From: Verrucomicrobiales bacterium
GTDB lineage: Bacteria; Verrucomicrobiota; Verrucomicrobiia; Limisphaerales; J093
Length of the DNA stretch: 64,000 nucleotides
Reading direction: 5' to 3'
NCBI GenBank assembly: GCA_024233215.1
Contig: JACKPW010000015.1
Coordinates: 84,253-148,252, forward strand
A model generated the notes under the pieces. It had not been told where the DNA came from, ran no database searches, and saw nothing but the letters and a program-made list of their open reading frames with translations. Made by a program: the position numbers and the translations under genes. Below, piece after piece: positions 1 to 9,227 of the stretch. Within the stretch, counting starts at the first letter, position 1. Every line of letters starts with the position of its first letter.

Positions 1-1
1 C

Positions 2-970
2 GGTCCGGCCGGCGGCGCCTTGGCGAGCACGCCGATCTCCATTGGCAACGGCAGTTGGGATGTGAAGGCGGTGGTCGGCGAAGCCACGGTGCACCCGGAT
101 GGTTCCGCCTGGTTCCGCGTCCCGGCCCGCACGCCGCTTTACCTCCAGGCCATCGATGAGCAGGGGCACGCCATCCAGACGATGCGAAGCTGGACCACCC
201 TGCAGCCGGGCGAAACGCAGTCGTGCGTGGGCTGTCACGAGGAGAAGAACAGCTCGCCCCCCGCCACCCTGCCGAAAGTCACGGCCGCCCAAGTCGCGGG
301 AGTGCAGAGCCTGGTGCCGTTTTCCGGCCCGGCGCGCGGATTCAGCTTTGCCGCCGAGGTGCAGCCCATCCTCGACCGGCACTGCGTCCGATGTCACCGC
401 GACCGCATTGCCCTGGCGGATCGTCTGGGGCTGGATCCGCGGAGTTTCGCCGAACGTGCGGGGGTGTCGATGCAGACTCTGAATCCGGTGATCCCGGTGG
501 CGGGCGGCGACGAGGCCAGGGTGTCCTTCAGCCTGCTCGGCGAAGGGATTGTGGACGCGAAGGCCGGTCGCCGGTGGAGCGATGCCTATCTGGCGCTGAC
601 CTCGGCGTCCCTGGATGATCTTCCCTGGGATCGGGCGGTCTGGATGGGGGACTACGAATCACCCCTGGTCAATTGGATTGGGGCGCAATCGGTGCCGACC
701 CTCCTGCCGTTGCCGCTGGCTGGATCCGCTCGGAGCGGTCTGATGAAGCTGCTTCGGGAACGCCACGAGGGAGTGCAGGTTTCCCGCGCGGAGTACGAGA
801 CCATCGCCTGTTGGATCGATCTGCTGGTGCCTTACTGCGGGGATTACACGGAGGCAAACACGTGGACCGAGGCACAGGTGCGGAAATACGAACACTACCT
901 CGCCAAACGGCGGCGGATGGAAGCGATGGAGGAGACGAACAGGGCGGGAGACCGCTCCCCGGAATCCTGA
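2..970 (+). CDS. C-terminal part of a secreted haem-c-motif protein (HzsA-related / PVC-type cytochrome-motif family); N-terminus lies outside the window
   Basis: The frame is open from base 2, with no stop before the TTG at 20 used by the ORF track. Stop is TGA at 968-970. Two CxxCH motifs are present (SCVGCHE, HCVRCHR). The family name is from memory of similar PVC proteins and is not verified. Confidence 0.6.
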   Translation, partial: GPAGGALASTPISIGNGSWDVKAVVGEATVHPDGSAWFRVPARTPLYLQAIDEQGHAIQTMRSWTTLQPGETQSCVGCHEEKNSSPPATLPKVTAAQVAGVQSLVPFSGPARGFSFAAEVQPILDRHCVRCHRDRIALADRLGLDPRSFAERAGVSMQTLNPVIPVAGGDEARVSFSLLGEGIVDAKAGRRWSDAYLALTSASLDDLPWDRAVWMGDYESPLVNWIGAQSVPTLLPLPLAGSARSGLMKLLRERHEGVQVSRAEYETIACWIDLLVPYCGDYTEANTWTEAQVRKYEHYLAKRRRMEAMEETNRAGDRSPES

Positions 971-1058
971 GCCATAACGATTCAAGTCTCTACAGAAGGA
1001 AACGAAGAGAACGAAGCGAGGCAGGCCCTCGGGAGATCATTGTTCTTCCGATTGACAC
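970..1058 (+). repeat. Miniature member (H) of the decamer-armed hairpin element family
   Basis: Begins with the box AGCCATAACGATT, whose first A is the last base of the upstream TGA stop. The arm is GGAAACGAAGAGAACGAAGCGAGG, the short core is CAGGCCCTCGGGAG, and the imperfect return arm is ATCATTGTTCTTCCGATTGAC. The same box occurs at 31986 and 34951. Confidence 0.45.
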
Positions 1059-1114
1059 GATGCGTGTGGCGGGGCAGTTTGCCCCTCAGACCACCCCAGT
1101 GAGGAGCACGTGAA

Positions 1115-1387
1115 ATGAACGAAGAGACCTGTCAGGACAACGTGGCCCCGGAGACCGAGGTTGAAGTCTGTTTCTCCTGCCTCGGCGAGAACGTGCCGGA
1201 TACGCACTTCTGCCGGCATTGCGGTACCCCGCTGACGTCCTATGCCTCGACCGCCCCCTTCGAGAGGGTGTTTGCCTTGGGGGACTTCTTTCGGAAGGCA
1301 ACGGCGTCCGGTCGGTGGGGCCGATGGGTCCGGGTGAGTGTTGCCGGGTTCGTGATCCTGCTGCTGCTGGGTCTGATGTTGCCGTAG
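1115..1387 (+). CDS. Small zinc-ribbon protein with a C-terminal transmembrane helix
   Basis: ATG-initiated 90-aa ORF. It has two CxxC pairs (CFSC ... CRHC) and a hydrophobic tail VAGFVILLLLGLML. No family was recognised. Confidence 0.55.
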   Translation: MNEETCQDNVAPETEVEVCFSCLGENVPDTHFCRHCGTPLTSYASTAPFERVFALGDFFRKATASGRWGRWVRVSVAGFVILLLLGLMLP

Positions 1388-1573
1388 CTGGAGGCAGAGT
1401 GCGGTCGTCGTTGCCGTCAGGTTTTCAGATCCCGGGTTTCAGGTTTCAGGGGGAGGCTGACGTGGTTCCCCGGATTTCGGAATTGAGACTCGTCTCGGCC
1501 CAGCAGGAGCTCGCCGTCCCGGAGAACCGTCGGGTCCGATCAGGCGGGGGTGTGGGCAGGAGAGGCCGGCAAC

Positions 1574-1957
1574 TCAGCCCCCGATCTGTGCCTGGTAGGC
1601 TTCGGCGTCCAGCAGAGCGCCGAGTTCGCCGGGATCGGCCAGCTTGAGCTTGAAAAACCAGCCGCCGCCGAAGGGTTCCGTGTTCACCAGGGCGGGGTTT
1701 TCGGGCACCGCCTCGTTCACCTCGACGACTTCGCCGCTGAGGGGCGAGTAGATGTCGCTGGCGGTCTTGACGGATTCCACAACGGCGCAGCTTTCGCCCG
1801 CCTTGAGCTGCCGCCCTTTGGCGGGCAGTTCCACGAACACCACGTCCGTCAGCTCGGCCTGTGCGTGGTCGGTGATCCCGATGGTGGCGGTGTCACCCTC
1901 CACGCGGACCCATTCGTGCGATTTGGCGTACTTCAACCCGGCGGGAATCTCGCTCAT
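1574..1957 (-). CDS. gcvH: Glycine cleavage system protein H
   Basis: Start placed at the ATG at 1957 ([21 protein letters not shown]...), inside the longer tracked ORF. The lipoyl-lysine motif ESVKTASD is present. Length is 127 aa and the gene lies 32 nt downstream of gcvT. Confidence 0.93.
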   Translation of the reverse strand: MSEIPAGLKYAKSHEWVRVEGDTATIGITDHAQAELTDVVFVELPAKGRQLKAGESCAVVESVKTASDIYSPLSGEVVEVNEAVPENPALVNTEPFGGGWFFKLKLADPGELGALLDAEAYQAQIGG

Positions 1958-1989
1958 GGCCTCAAGGGATACAGCGTCCGCCGAAAGGG

Positions 1990-3141
1990 TCAATCCGGTT
2001 TTACCGGTTCGCGACGATAGATGGGCTTGCGGAGGATCTCCGCCGGAAACAACCGGTCGCGGATGGAGATCTGCAGCGGGGTGCCAATGGCGGCGTGGGC
2101 CGGATCCACCAATGCCAGGCCGATGCCGGTTTCGAGGGAGGGACTCTGGGTGCCGCTCGTCACCCGGCCGATCGACTGCCTGCCGGTGCCGTCCATCACC
2201 CGGTGGTCCGGGCGCGGGGGAGCCGATCTTGCCGACATGCGGAAGGCGATGGCGCGCCGTTCGAGTCCGCGCTGCTTCTGTTCCAGCAGGGCCTGACGCC
2301 CGATGAAGTCCGGTTTGTCCAGGGCCACGAAGGTGCCGAGACCGGCTTCCAACGGCGTGATGTCCTCCGCCAACTCGTGGCCGTAGAGCGGATAGCCCAT
2401 CTCGGTGCGCAGGGTGTCCCGGGCCCCGAGACCGACCGGTTTCAGTCCGTGCGGCGCGCCGGTTTCGAGCAGGGTCTCGAACAAGGCCTCCGCCTGGCCG
2501 GCCTCGACCACGATCTCAAAGCCGTCCTCGCCCGTGTAACCGGTACGCGCCACCCCCAGCGGATTCCCGCGGAATACGAAGCTGCCCCATTGGTTCTTCT
2601 TCAGTTCGCGCACGTCCGCAACCAGCGTGCCGGCCATCGAGCCGCCGTGGATCAGATCGCCGATGAACTCCACCACCCCCGGTCCCTGGACGGCAAGAGC
2701 CGCCAGGTTCGCCGAATCGTCCCGCAGGTGAAACCCATCGTTCGTCGGCGAACCGTCCACCTGGGTCTCCAGCCAGTCCCAGTCCGCCGCGATGCGGGAG
2801 GCGTTCACCACCAGCAGATACTCCTGCGGCTTCACGCGAAAGAGGTAGAGATCGTCGATCACTCCGCCCCGCTCATTGCACATGAGGGTGTACTGCCCCT
2901 GTCCCACCGCAAGCCGCGTGACGTCGTTGGTCAGGCAATGATCCAGAAAGGCCTCCGCCCCCGGGCCCGTCGCCGTGAAGTCGCCCATGTGCGAAATGTC
3001 GAAGACCCCGGCGGCCCGGCGCACGGCATGATGCTCCTCCACGATCCCGGAGTAAATCAGCGGCATTTCCCAGCCGCCGAACTCCACCAATCGTGCACCA
3101 AGCCGACAATGCGCCTCGAATAGGGGGGTGCGCTTGAGCAT
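1990..3141 (-). CDS. gcvT: Aminomethyltransferase (glycine cleavage system protein T)
   Basis: Start placed at the ATG at 3141 ([30 protein letters not shown]...). This is a typical GcvT N-terminus and length (383 aa). The upstream 43 codons of the tracked ORF look non-coding. Confidence 0.93.
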   Translation of the reverse strand: MLKRTPLFEAHCRLGARLVEFGGWEMPLIYSGIVEEHHAVRRAAGVFDISHMGDFTATGPGAEAFLDHCLTNDVTRLAVGQGQYTLMCNERGGVIDDLYLFRVKPQEYLLVVNASRIAADWDWLETQVDGSPTNDGFHLRDDSANLAALAVQGPGVVEFIGDLIHGGSMAGTLVADVRELKKNQWGSFVFRGNPLGVARTGYTGEDGFEIVVEAGQAEALFETLLETGAPHGLKPVGLGARDTLRTEMGYPLYGHELAEDITPLEAGLGTFVALDKPDFIGRQALLEQKQRGLERRAIAFRMSARSAPPRPDHRVMDGTGRQSIGRVTSGTQSPSLETGIGLALVDPAHAAIGTPLQISIRDRLFPAEILRKPIYRREPVKPD

Positions 3142-3336
3142 ACGGGGGGCAACGCTAGCAGCGATCCCGCCGTCGTCAACCATCGACCTGCACCTCGCTG
3201 ACATTCGCCGGGCACCCCCCGCGTCCCGCCAAGCAACACGCCCTCGAAACGGGCAATCCAGAAGATGCACTTGTGCATAGGAGTAGGCCTGATTTTAGTC
3301 CCTGGTTCCTTTGCTCTGAGATTAACCGACCTTTTT

Positions 3337-3354
3337 TTGTCAACCGCTTGACAA
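3337..3354. promoter_or_regulatory. Perfect palindrome TTGTCAA-CCGC-TTGACAA (TGTCA-N6-TGACA core) in the gcvTH / cco divergent intergenic region; candidate CRP/FNR-family operator
   Basis: Read directly from the sequence; 7+7 bp perfect, and 10+10 bp with one mismatch if extended. It is centred about 100 nt upstream of the ccoI start codon and about 205 nt upstream of gcvT. Each half also contains a TTGACA hexamer. Confidence 0.4.
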
Positions 3355-3444
3355 CAAGTGGTGGTAATGGCGAAATCCGGCCGTTGTCGCCCGGACGGGA
3401 TGAAGGCCCATGATGTTCCGACGACGACGAGCAGAGGTTAATCG

Positions 3445-5976
3445 GTGCAATCCGTGCGTTCAGTGAGTGCAGCCAATGACGTGGAAAGCGTCCCCGCTCC
3501 GGCTTCCCGGCCGGGCGAGGAGGGCGTCGGCGTGCGTTGCTTTCACTGCGGCACTCCCTGTCCCAAGGGCGCGCCTGCCCGGGAGGATCGGACCTTCTGC
3601 TGTCATGGCTGCCAGACGGTCCACGAGCTGCTGGTGGCGAATGGACTGGGTCATTTCTATGACCTCGGCACCCAGGCAGGGCTGCGGGTGGGGGAACGGG
3701 TCGGGGAGGGGCGGTTCACCTACCTCGACGATGCCGTGGTTCGTGAGCGGTTGGTGGACTTCAGCGACGGGCACACGACGCGGGTGACCTTCCAGATTCC
3801 GGCGATGCACTGTGTGGCCTGCGTCTGGCTGTTGGAGAACCTGTTCCGACTCGGCCCGGGGATCGGGCGGTCGCAGGTCAATTTCCCGCGTCGCGAAGTG
3901 ACGATCACTTTTGACGAGACCGTCCTCAAGCTGAGTGGCGTGGTGACGCTGCTGCATTCGCTGGGGTATCCGCCCACGTTGCGGCTGGATGCCGTGGAGC
4001 GGGAGGGCCAACGTCCGTCCTCGCGTCGGCTTTACCTGCAGGTTGGGGTGGCGGGATTCGCCTTCGGGAACGCCATGTTGTTCAGCTTCCCCGGCTACCT
4101 CGGGTTGGAGGGGGCCGGGAGCATCGGGATGCGGGGGTTCTTCGGCGTCTTGTCGCTGTTGCTGGCGGTGCCGGTGATGGTGTTCAGTGCGGCAGATTAC
4201 TGGCGCGCGGCCTGGACAGCGTTGCGGCGGCGGGTGTTGACGATCGATTTTCCCATTGCGATTGGTCTCGCGGCCCTCTTTGGCCAGAGCGCGTTTGAGA
4301 TCCTCACCGGGGCCGGCGAAGGCTACGTCGATTCCCTGACCGGGTTGGTGTTTTTTCTGTTGTGCGGCCGGGTGTTTCAGCGGAAGTCCTACGAACGGCT
4401 CGCCTTTGACCGTGACTATCGCGCGTTCTTCCCGCTGGCGGTGACCCGGAGACAGGGTGCGCGGGAGGAGATGGTGGCGGTTTCCCGCCTGGCGGTTGGG
4501 GACCGGTTGCTGCTGCGTCATGGCGAGATTGTGCCGGCGGATGCGCGATTGGTCGGGGGGGAGGGGTTGATGGACTACAGCTTCGTGACCGGGGAGGCGG
4601 ATCCGGTGGAGAAGGCTGTGGGGGCCACGCTGTACGCCGGGGGGCAGCAGGTCGGTGGCGCCATCGAGGTGGAGACCCTGAAGCCGGTTTCGCAGAGCTA
4701 CCTGGCATCGCTGTGGAGCAATGAGACCTTTGTCCGGCCGCGGGCGGCGCGCCTGGACGACCTGACCAATCGTTTCAGCCGCTGGTTCACGCTGGTGGTG
4801 GTGGGCGTGGCCCTGGGGGCGGCCACCTGGTGGGGGCTGCGGGATGCGAGTCTCGCGTTGCGCGCGTTCACGGCGGTGTTGATTGTGGCCTGTCCGTGCG
4901 CGCTGGCGCTGGCGGCCCCGTTCACATTCGGGACGGCGCAACGGTTGCTCGGGCGCGCGGGCATCTTCCTGAAGCGCCCCCAGACGATTGAGACGCTGGC
5001 CCGGGTGGACTCGGTGGTGTTTGACAAGACGGGGACCCTGACCCTGCCCGGCCGGGGTGCCGTGAAGTGGGAGGGACGAACCCTGACCGCGACGGAACGA
5101 TCCCTGGCCGCGGCGTTGGCCGGCCAGTCCACCCACCCGTTGGCGGTCCGCGTGCGGCGCACTTTGGGTCGCGTGGCCGGGGACGCTGCCGTGGCCGGTT
5201 TTTGCGACGAACCCGGCGGAGGCATGAAGGGGACCGTGGACGGGCGGCCGGTGGTGTTGGGTTCCGCCCGGTGGTTGCGCCGGCAGGGCCTGTCGCTGGA
5301 TGAGAGTGGGGCGTCGAACGGTTCCGCGGTGTGGCTTGGCATCGACGGCGAATGCCTGGGCGCGTTCCGGGTGACGCATACGATGCGGCCCGAGACACCG
5401 GAGATTGTCGCCCGTCTCGGTGCCTCGGCCGAACTGGCTTTGGTGAGCGGTGACAACGCACGCGAGCGCGATCAATTTGTCGCGGTGTTCGGGTTGGCAA
5501 CCCCCATGCGTTTCAGCCAGAGCCCGCTGGACAAGCTCGAGTTCGTCCGGGCCCGGCAGGAAGCGGGACGCACGGTGATGATGGTGGGTGACGGCCTGAA
5601 CGATGCCGGTGCACTGCGTTGCAGCGACGTGGGGGTGGCGGTGGTCGAGGACCTCGGCACGTTCAGTCCGGCGAGCGAGATGATCCTGGAAGCGGGTCGT
5701 CTCGGACGGCTGCCGGCAGTGCGCGATTTCGCCAGGGGTGCGGTCCGCATCGTGCACGTCTGCATTGGCGTCTCGTGCCTTTACAACCTGGTGGGGGTGA
5801 GCCTGGCCGCCCGGGGGCTGCTGGCGCCGTGGATCTGCGCGATTCTGATGCCCCTCAGCTCGGTGAGCGTGGTGGCGCTGGCCAGCGGTCTGACGGCCGG
5901 GTTGGCCCGCCGCCTCGGATTCCTGCGTGACGCCGCGGGTCGTGACGCGGGAGAGTTCCCGGAGGTGATGGCATGA
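3445..5976 (+). CDS. ccoI: Copper-translocating P1B-type ATPase of the CcoI/FixI type (cbb3 oxidase maturation)
   Basis: GTG start preceded by AGAGG 7 nt upstream. The N-terminal Cys-rich domain is CFHCGTPC...FCCHGCQTVHELL. Also present are the CPC transport motif (IVACPCALALAAP), DKTGTLT, GDGLNDAGAL, and an ATGA overlap with ccoS. Confidence 0.92.
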   Translation: MQSVRSVSAANDVESVPAPASRPGEEGVGVRCFHCGTPCPKGAPAREDRTFCCHGCQTVHELLVANGLGHFYDLGTQAGLRVGERVGEGRFTYLDDAVVRERLVDFSDGHTTRVTFQIPAMHCVACVWLLENLFRLGPGIGRSQVNFPRREVTITFDETVLKLSGVVTLLHSLGYPPTLRLDAVEREGQRPSSRRLYLQVGVAGFAFGNAMLFSFPGYLGLEGAGSIGMRGFFGVLSLLLAVPVMVFSAADYWRAAWTALRRRVLTIDFPIAIGLAALFGQSAFEILTGAGEGYVDSLTGLVFFLLCGRVFQRKSYERLAFDRDYRAFFPLAVTRRQGAREEMVAVSRLAVGDRLLLRHGEIVPADARLVGGEGLMDYSFVTGEADPVEKAVGATLYAGGQQVGGAIEVETLKPVSQSYLASLWSNETFVRPRAARLDDLTNRFSRWFTLVVVGVALGAATWWGLRDASLALRAFTAVLIVACPCALALAAPFTFGTAQRLLGRAGIFLKRPQTIETLARVDSVVFDKTGTLTLPGRGAVKWEGRTLTATERSLAAALAGQSTHPLAVRVRRTLGRVAGDAAVAGFCDEPGGGMKGTVDGRPVVLGSARWLRRQGLSLDESGASNGSAVWLGIDGECLGAFRVTHTMRPETPEIVARLGASAELALVSGDNARERDQFVAVFGLATPMRFSQSPLDKLEFVRARQEAGRTVMMVGDGLNDAGALRCSDVGVAVVEDLGTFSPASEMILEAGRLGRLPAVRDFARGAVRIVHVCIGVSCLYNLVGVSLAARGLLAPWICAILMPLSSVSVVALASGLTAGLARRLGFLRDAAGRDAGEFPEVMA

Positions 5977-6170
5977 GCGCGCTTTTTCTGCTGATCCCGA
6001 TCAGCCTGGTGGTGGCCCTGGTGTTCCTGGGCTGGTTCATCTGGGCGGTGCGGACGGGACAGTATGAGGACACCTGCACGCCGGCGATGCGAATGCTGGC
6101 AGACGACGAATCTCCGAAGCCGACGGGGCGGACGCTTCCGGGCAACGGATCCCAACCCAAGCAACCATGA
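5973..6170 (+). CDS. ccoS: cbb3 oxidase maturation protein CcoS/FixS
   Basis: 65 aa with a single TM helix followed by WAVRTGQYEDTCTPAMRMLADDE, the typical CcoS signature. It overlaps both neighbours by ATGA. Confidence 0.85.
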   Translation: MSALFLLIPISLVVALVFLGWFIWAVRTGQYEDTCTPAMRMLADDESPKPTGRTLPGNGSQPKQP

Positions 6171-8335
6171 ACGTAGAAACCTTCCGATACGACAACCGAA
6201 TCGTCCGGGCGTTCGCCATTGCCACGTCCATCTGGGCGCTGGTGGGCACCAGCGTGGGGCTGCTGGCCGCCTGCCAGTTGTTCTGGCCGGCGCTGAACCT
6301 CGACACGCCCTTCACCACCTTCGGTCGCATCCGTCCCCTGCACACCAACGCGGTGATCTTCGCGTTTGTGGGGAACGGCATGTTCGCCGGCATCTATTAC
6401 TCGCTGCAGCGGTTGTGCAAGGCCCGCATGTTCAGCGACGCCCTGAGCTGGATCAACTTCTGGGGGTGGAATGCGATCATCGTGTCGGCGGCGGTCACGC
6501 TGCCGCTGGGCCTGACCACCAGCAAGGAATACGCCGAGCTGGAATGGCCCATTGACATCGCCATCGCGGTGGTCTGGGTGGTTTTCAGCATCAACCTCTT
6601 CGGCACGATCTGGAAACGGCGTGAGAAGCACATGTACGTGGCCATCTGGTTCTACATTGCCACCGCGATCACGGTGGCGGTGCTGCACATCTTCAATTCG
6701 CTGGAAATCCCGGCCAGCATCTTCAAGAGCTACTCGATCTACGCCGGAGTGCAGGACGCATTGGTGCAGTGGTGGTACGGCCACAACGCGGTGGCGTTCT
6801 TCCTGACCACCCCGTACCTGGGCCTGATGTATTACTACCTGCCCAAGGCGGCGGATCGCCCGGTGTTTTCCTATCGGCTCTCGATCATCCACTTCTGGGC
6901 GCTCATCTTCATCTACATCTGGGCTGGCCCGCATCACCTGCTGTATACCGCGCTGCCGGATTGGGCGCAGTCGCTGGGCATGGTGTTTTCGGTGATGCTC
7001 GTGGCCCCCAGCTGGGGCGGCATGTTGAACGGCCTGCTCACCCTGCGCGGGGCCTGGGACAAGGTGCGGCGTGACCCGGTGCTGAAGTTCCTGGTGGTGG
7101 CGGTGACCGCCTACGGCATGGCGACCCTGGAGGGGCCGACGCTGGCCGTGAAGAGCGTGAACGCGTTGTCGCACTACACCGACTGGACCATTGCCCACGT
7201 TCACACGGGGGCGCTCGGCTGGAACGGCTTCCTCACGTTCGGCATGCTCTACTGGCTGTTCCCGCGGCTCTACAACACGAAGCTCTGGTCCACCAAGCTG
7301 GCGAACTACCACTTCTGGGTCGGCCTCACCGGGATCATGTTCTACGTGGTGCCGATGTACTGGAGCGGCATCACCCAGGGCCTGATGTGGAAGCAGTTCA
7401 ACGCGGACGGCTTCCTGCAATACCCGGCCTTCCTGGAGACGGTGATCCGGCTGATCCCGATGTACATGTTGCGCGCCATCGGCGGCACCCTGTTCGTGGC
7501 CGGCATCGTGCTGATGATGGTGAATCTCTATCGAACCGCAAAGAGCGGACAGTTCGAACCGGACACCGAGGTCAAGGCTCCGGCGTTGGAGCGCAAGAAG
7601 GCCAAGGGTGCCGAGGGCGACCACGGCCACCGCTGGCTGGAGGGCCTGCCGGTGACCTTCACGGTCCTGACGACCCTGGCCATCCTGATTGGCGGCCTGG
7701 TCGAGATCGTCCCGCTGTACCTCATCAAGGAAAACGTCCCGACCATTGCCAGCGTGAAACCCTACACACCGCTGGAATTGCTGGGTCGCGATCTCTATAT
7801 CCGCGAGGGTTGTGTCGGCTGTCACTCCCAGATGGTCCGGCCGTTCCGTTCGGAAACCGAGCGCTACGGCGAATACTCGAAGGTGGGCGAGTTCGTCTAC
7901 GACCACCCGTTCCTGTGGGGATCCAAACGCACCGGGCCGGATCTGCACCGGGTGGGCGGCAAGTATCCGGACGCCTGGCACTACAACCACATGGAAGATC
8001 CCACCTCAACGTCCGAGGGATCCATCATGCCGCCGTATCCCTGGCTGCTTGAGCGCAAGCTCGACGTCAGCCCGGTGCAGGACCGGATGCGGGCCCTGCG
8101 GAAGGTCGGCGTGCCCTACACCGACGAGGAGATCGCCGGGGCGCAGGAGTCCATCGACGCGCAACGGGCGAAGATCATCGACGGTCTCAAGGTGGGAATG
8201 GTCGATGATGCGGAGCCGGATCGGGAGATCATCGCGCTGATCGCCTTCCTGCAACGCCTGGGCACGGACATCAAGGCCGGTCAGACGGCGGCGGCTCCCG
8301 CCGCCCCGGTGGCCGCCCCAACCTCCCAGAACTAA
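6167..8335 (+). CDS. ccoNO: cbb3-type cytochrome c oxidase, fused subunits I and II (CcoN-CcoO)
   Basis: 722 aa. The N-terminal ~480 aa form a polytopic haem-copper subunit with His ligand motifs (WAGPHHLLY, IAHVHTGALGWNGF). The C-terminal ~230 aa are CcoO-like, with a TM helix and CVGCHSQMVRPF haem-c motif plus WGSKRTGPDLHRVGGKY. Confidence 0.95.
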   Translation: MNVETFRYDNRIVRAFAIATSIWALVGTSVGLLAACQLFWPALNLDTPFTTFGRIRPLHTNAVIFAFVGNGMFAGIYYSLQRLCKARMFSDALSWINFWGWNAIIVSAAVTLPLGLTTSKEYAELEWPIDIAIAVVWVVFSINLFGTIWKRREKHMYVAIWFYIATAITVAVLHIFNSLEIPASIFKSYSIYAGVQDALVQWWYGHNAVAFFLTTPYLGLMYYYLPKAADRPVFSYRLSIIHFWALIFIYIWAGPHHLLYTALPDWAQSLGMVFSVMLVAPSWGGMLNGLLTLRGAWDKVRRDPVLKFLVVAVTAYGMATLEGPTLAVKSVNALSHYTDWTIAHVHTGALGWNGFLTFGMLYWLFPRLYNTKLWSTKLANYHFWVGLTGIMFYVVPMYWSGITQGLMWKQFNADGFLQYPAFLETVIRLIPMYMLRAIGGTLFVAGIVLMMVNLYRTAKSGQFEPDTEVKAPALERKKAKGAEGDHGHRWLEGLPVTFTVLTTLAILIGGLVEIVPLYLIKENVPTIASVKPYTPLELLGRDLYIREGCVGCHSQMVRPFRSETERYGEYSKVGEFVYDHPFLWGSKRTGPDLHRVGGKYPDAWHYNHMEDPTSTSEGSIMPPYPWLLERKLDVSPVQDRMRALRKVGVPYTDEEIAGAQESIDAQRAKIIDGLKVGMVDDAEPDREIIALIAFLQRLGTDIKAGQTAAAPAAPVAAPTSQN

Positions 8336-8351
8336 CCACCCGGCAACGACC

Positions 8352-8552
8352 ATGATTCAGAATGTTTTACGGCACATGGGCGGAATCGAGGGCTATGGCA
8401 TCGTTTCCATCTGCCTGTTCTTTGCCTGTTTCTTCGGGGTGCTGATCTGGGCCTTACGGCTCCGGAAACCGCACCTCGAGGAAATGGCGGCCCTGCCGTT
8501 GATTTCCGACACCGACATTCCCCAAACGCTGAAGGAGCACTCCGATGAATAA
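8352..8552 (+). CDS. ccoQ: CcoQ/FixQ-like small membrane subunit
   Basis: 66 aa with one TM helix (GIVSICLFFACFFGVLIWAL). It sits between ccoNO and ccoP and overlaps the ccoP start by 8 nt. Confidence 0.7.
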   Translation: MIQNVLRHMGGIEGYGIVSICLFFACFFGVLIWALRLRKPHLEEMAALPLISDTDIPQTLKEHSDE

Positions 8553-9129
8553 CGAGAAAGACCCGCTGTTGCTCGATCACGAGGCCGACGGCATTCGCGA
8601 GCTGGACAACCAACTTCCCCGCTGGTGGGTGTGGTTGTTCAACCTCACCATCTTCTTTGCCGGCGCCTACCTGCTGTACTACCACGTCTTCGACCGCGGC
8701 GCGCTGATGGCCGCGGAATACCGGCAGGAAATGGAGGTGGGAGAAAAGGTCAAGCAGGCTGCCCTGGACCGGTTCGAGAAGGAGATGCTGACGATGGCGC
8801 CGTCCACTGACGCCGCTGTCCTGGAGGAAGGGAAGCAGGTCTTCACGGTCAATTGCGTTGCCTGCCATCGCGCCGATGCCGGTGGGTTGGTGGGACCGAA
8901 CCTGACGGACGACTATTGGATTCACGGGAGTGAGTTCAAGGACACGCTCCAGACCATTTCCAACGGCGTGCCCGAGAAGGGCATGGTCACCTGGAAAGGC
9001 CTGCTGAAACCCACGCAGATCTACGCGGTCGCCAGCTACATCTACACGCTGCGCGGCAGCAATCCGCCCAACCCCAAACCACCGGAGAACACGGCGCCCG
9101 CCACCCCGCAGGTCAACATCTACGAGTAG
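8545..9129 (+). CDS. ccoP: cbb3 oxidase subunit III (CcoP), monohaem form
   Basis: FixP N-terminal signature DGIRELDNQLPRWWVWLF is present. There is a single CxxCH (CVACH) and the protein is 194 aa, so it is not the ~290-aa dihaem form. Confidence 0.88.
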   Translation: MNNEKDPLLLDHEADGIRELDNQLPRWWVWLFNLTIFFAGAYLLYYHVFDRGALMAAEYRQEMEVGEKVKQAALDRFEKEMLTMAPSTDAAVLEEGKQVFTVNCVACHRADAGGLVGPNLTDDYWIHGSEFKDTLQTISNGVPEKGMVTWKGLLKPTQIYAVASYIYTLRGSNPPNPKPPENTAPATPQVNIYE

Positions 9130-9153
9130 GCGGTTGAAACCCCGGTCCAGCAA

Positions 9154-9191
9154 CCCACCGGCCGGGCCCACCGGTCGGTGGGTTTCTTTCT
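9154..9191 (+). terminator. Rho-independent terminator-like hairpin after ccoP
   Basis: CCCACCGGCC / GGTCGGTGGG form a 10-bp stem (one G.U) with a 9-nt loop. The stem is followed by TTTCTTTCT. Confidence 0.55.
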
Positions 9192-9227
9192 GTAACCCAA
9201 TCCGGTAACATGGCTCCCTAAACGCGT

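Noticed and set aside
3142-3336. Possible glycine riboswitch in the ~195-nt leader of gcvT
   Set aside because: This is the classical location, and one stretch (minus strand AATCTCAGAGCAAAGGAACC) resembles the 3' CUCAGGCAAAAGGAC element. However I could not find the GGAGAG or CACCGAAGGGGCAA core elements in the leader or further upstream. A cmsearch with Rfam RF00504 would settle it.
3460-5757. 765-aa minus-strand ORF covering most of ccoI
   Set aside because: It is antisense to a P-type ATPase with all canonical motifs. Its translation is Arg/Pro/Gly/His-rich low complexity with no motif, typical of the open antisense frame in GC-rich DNA.
5855-7990. 711-aa minus-strand ORF antisense to ccoS and ccoNO
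   Set aside because: Same reasoning: the sense strand encodes an unmistakable haem-copper oxidase. The antisense product is R/H/G/P/Q-rich and featureless.
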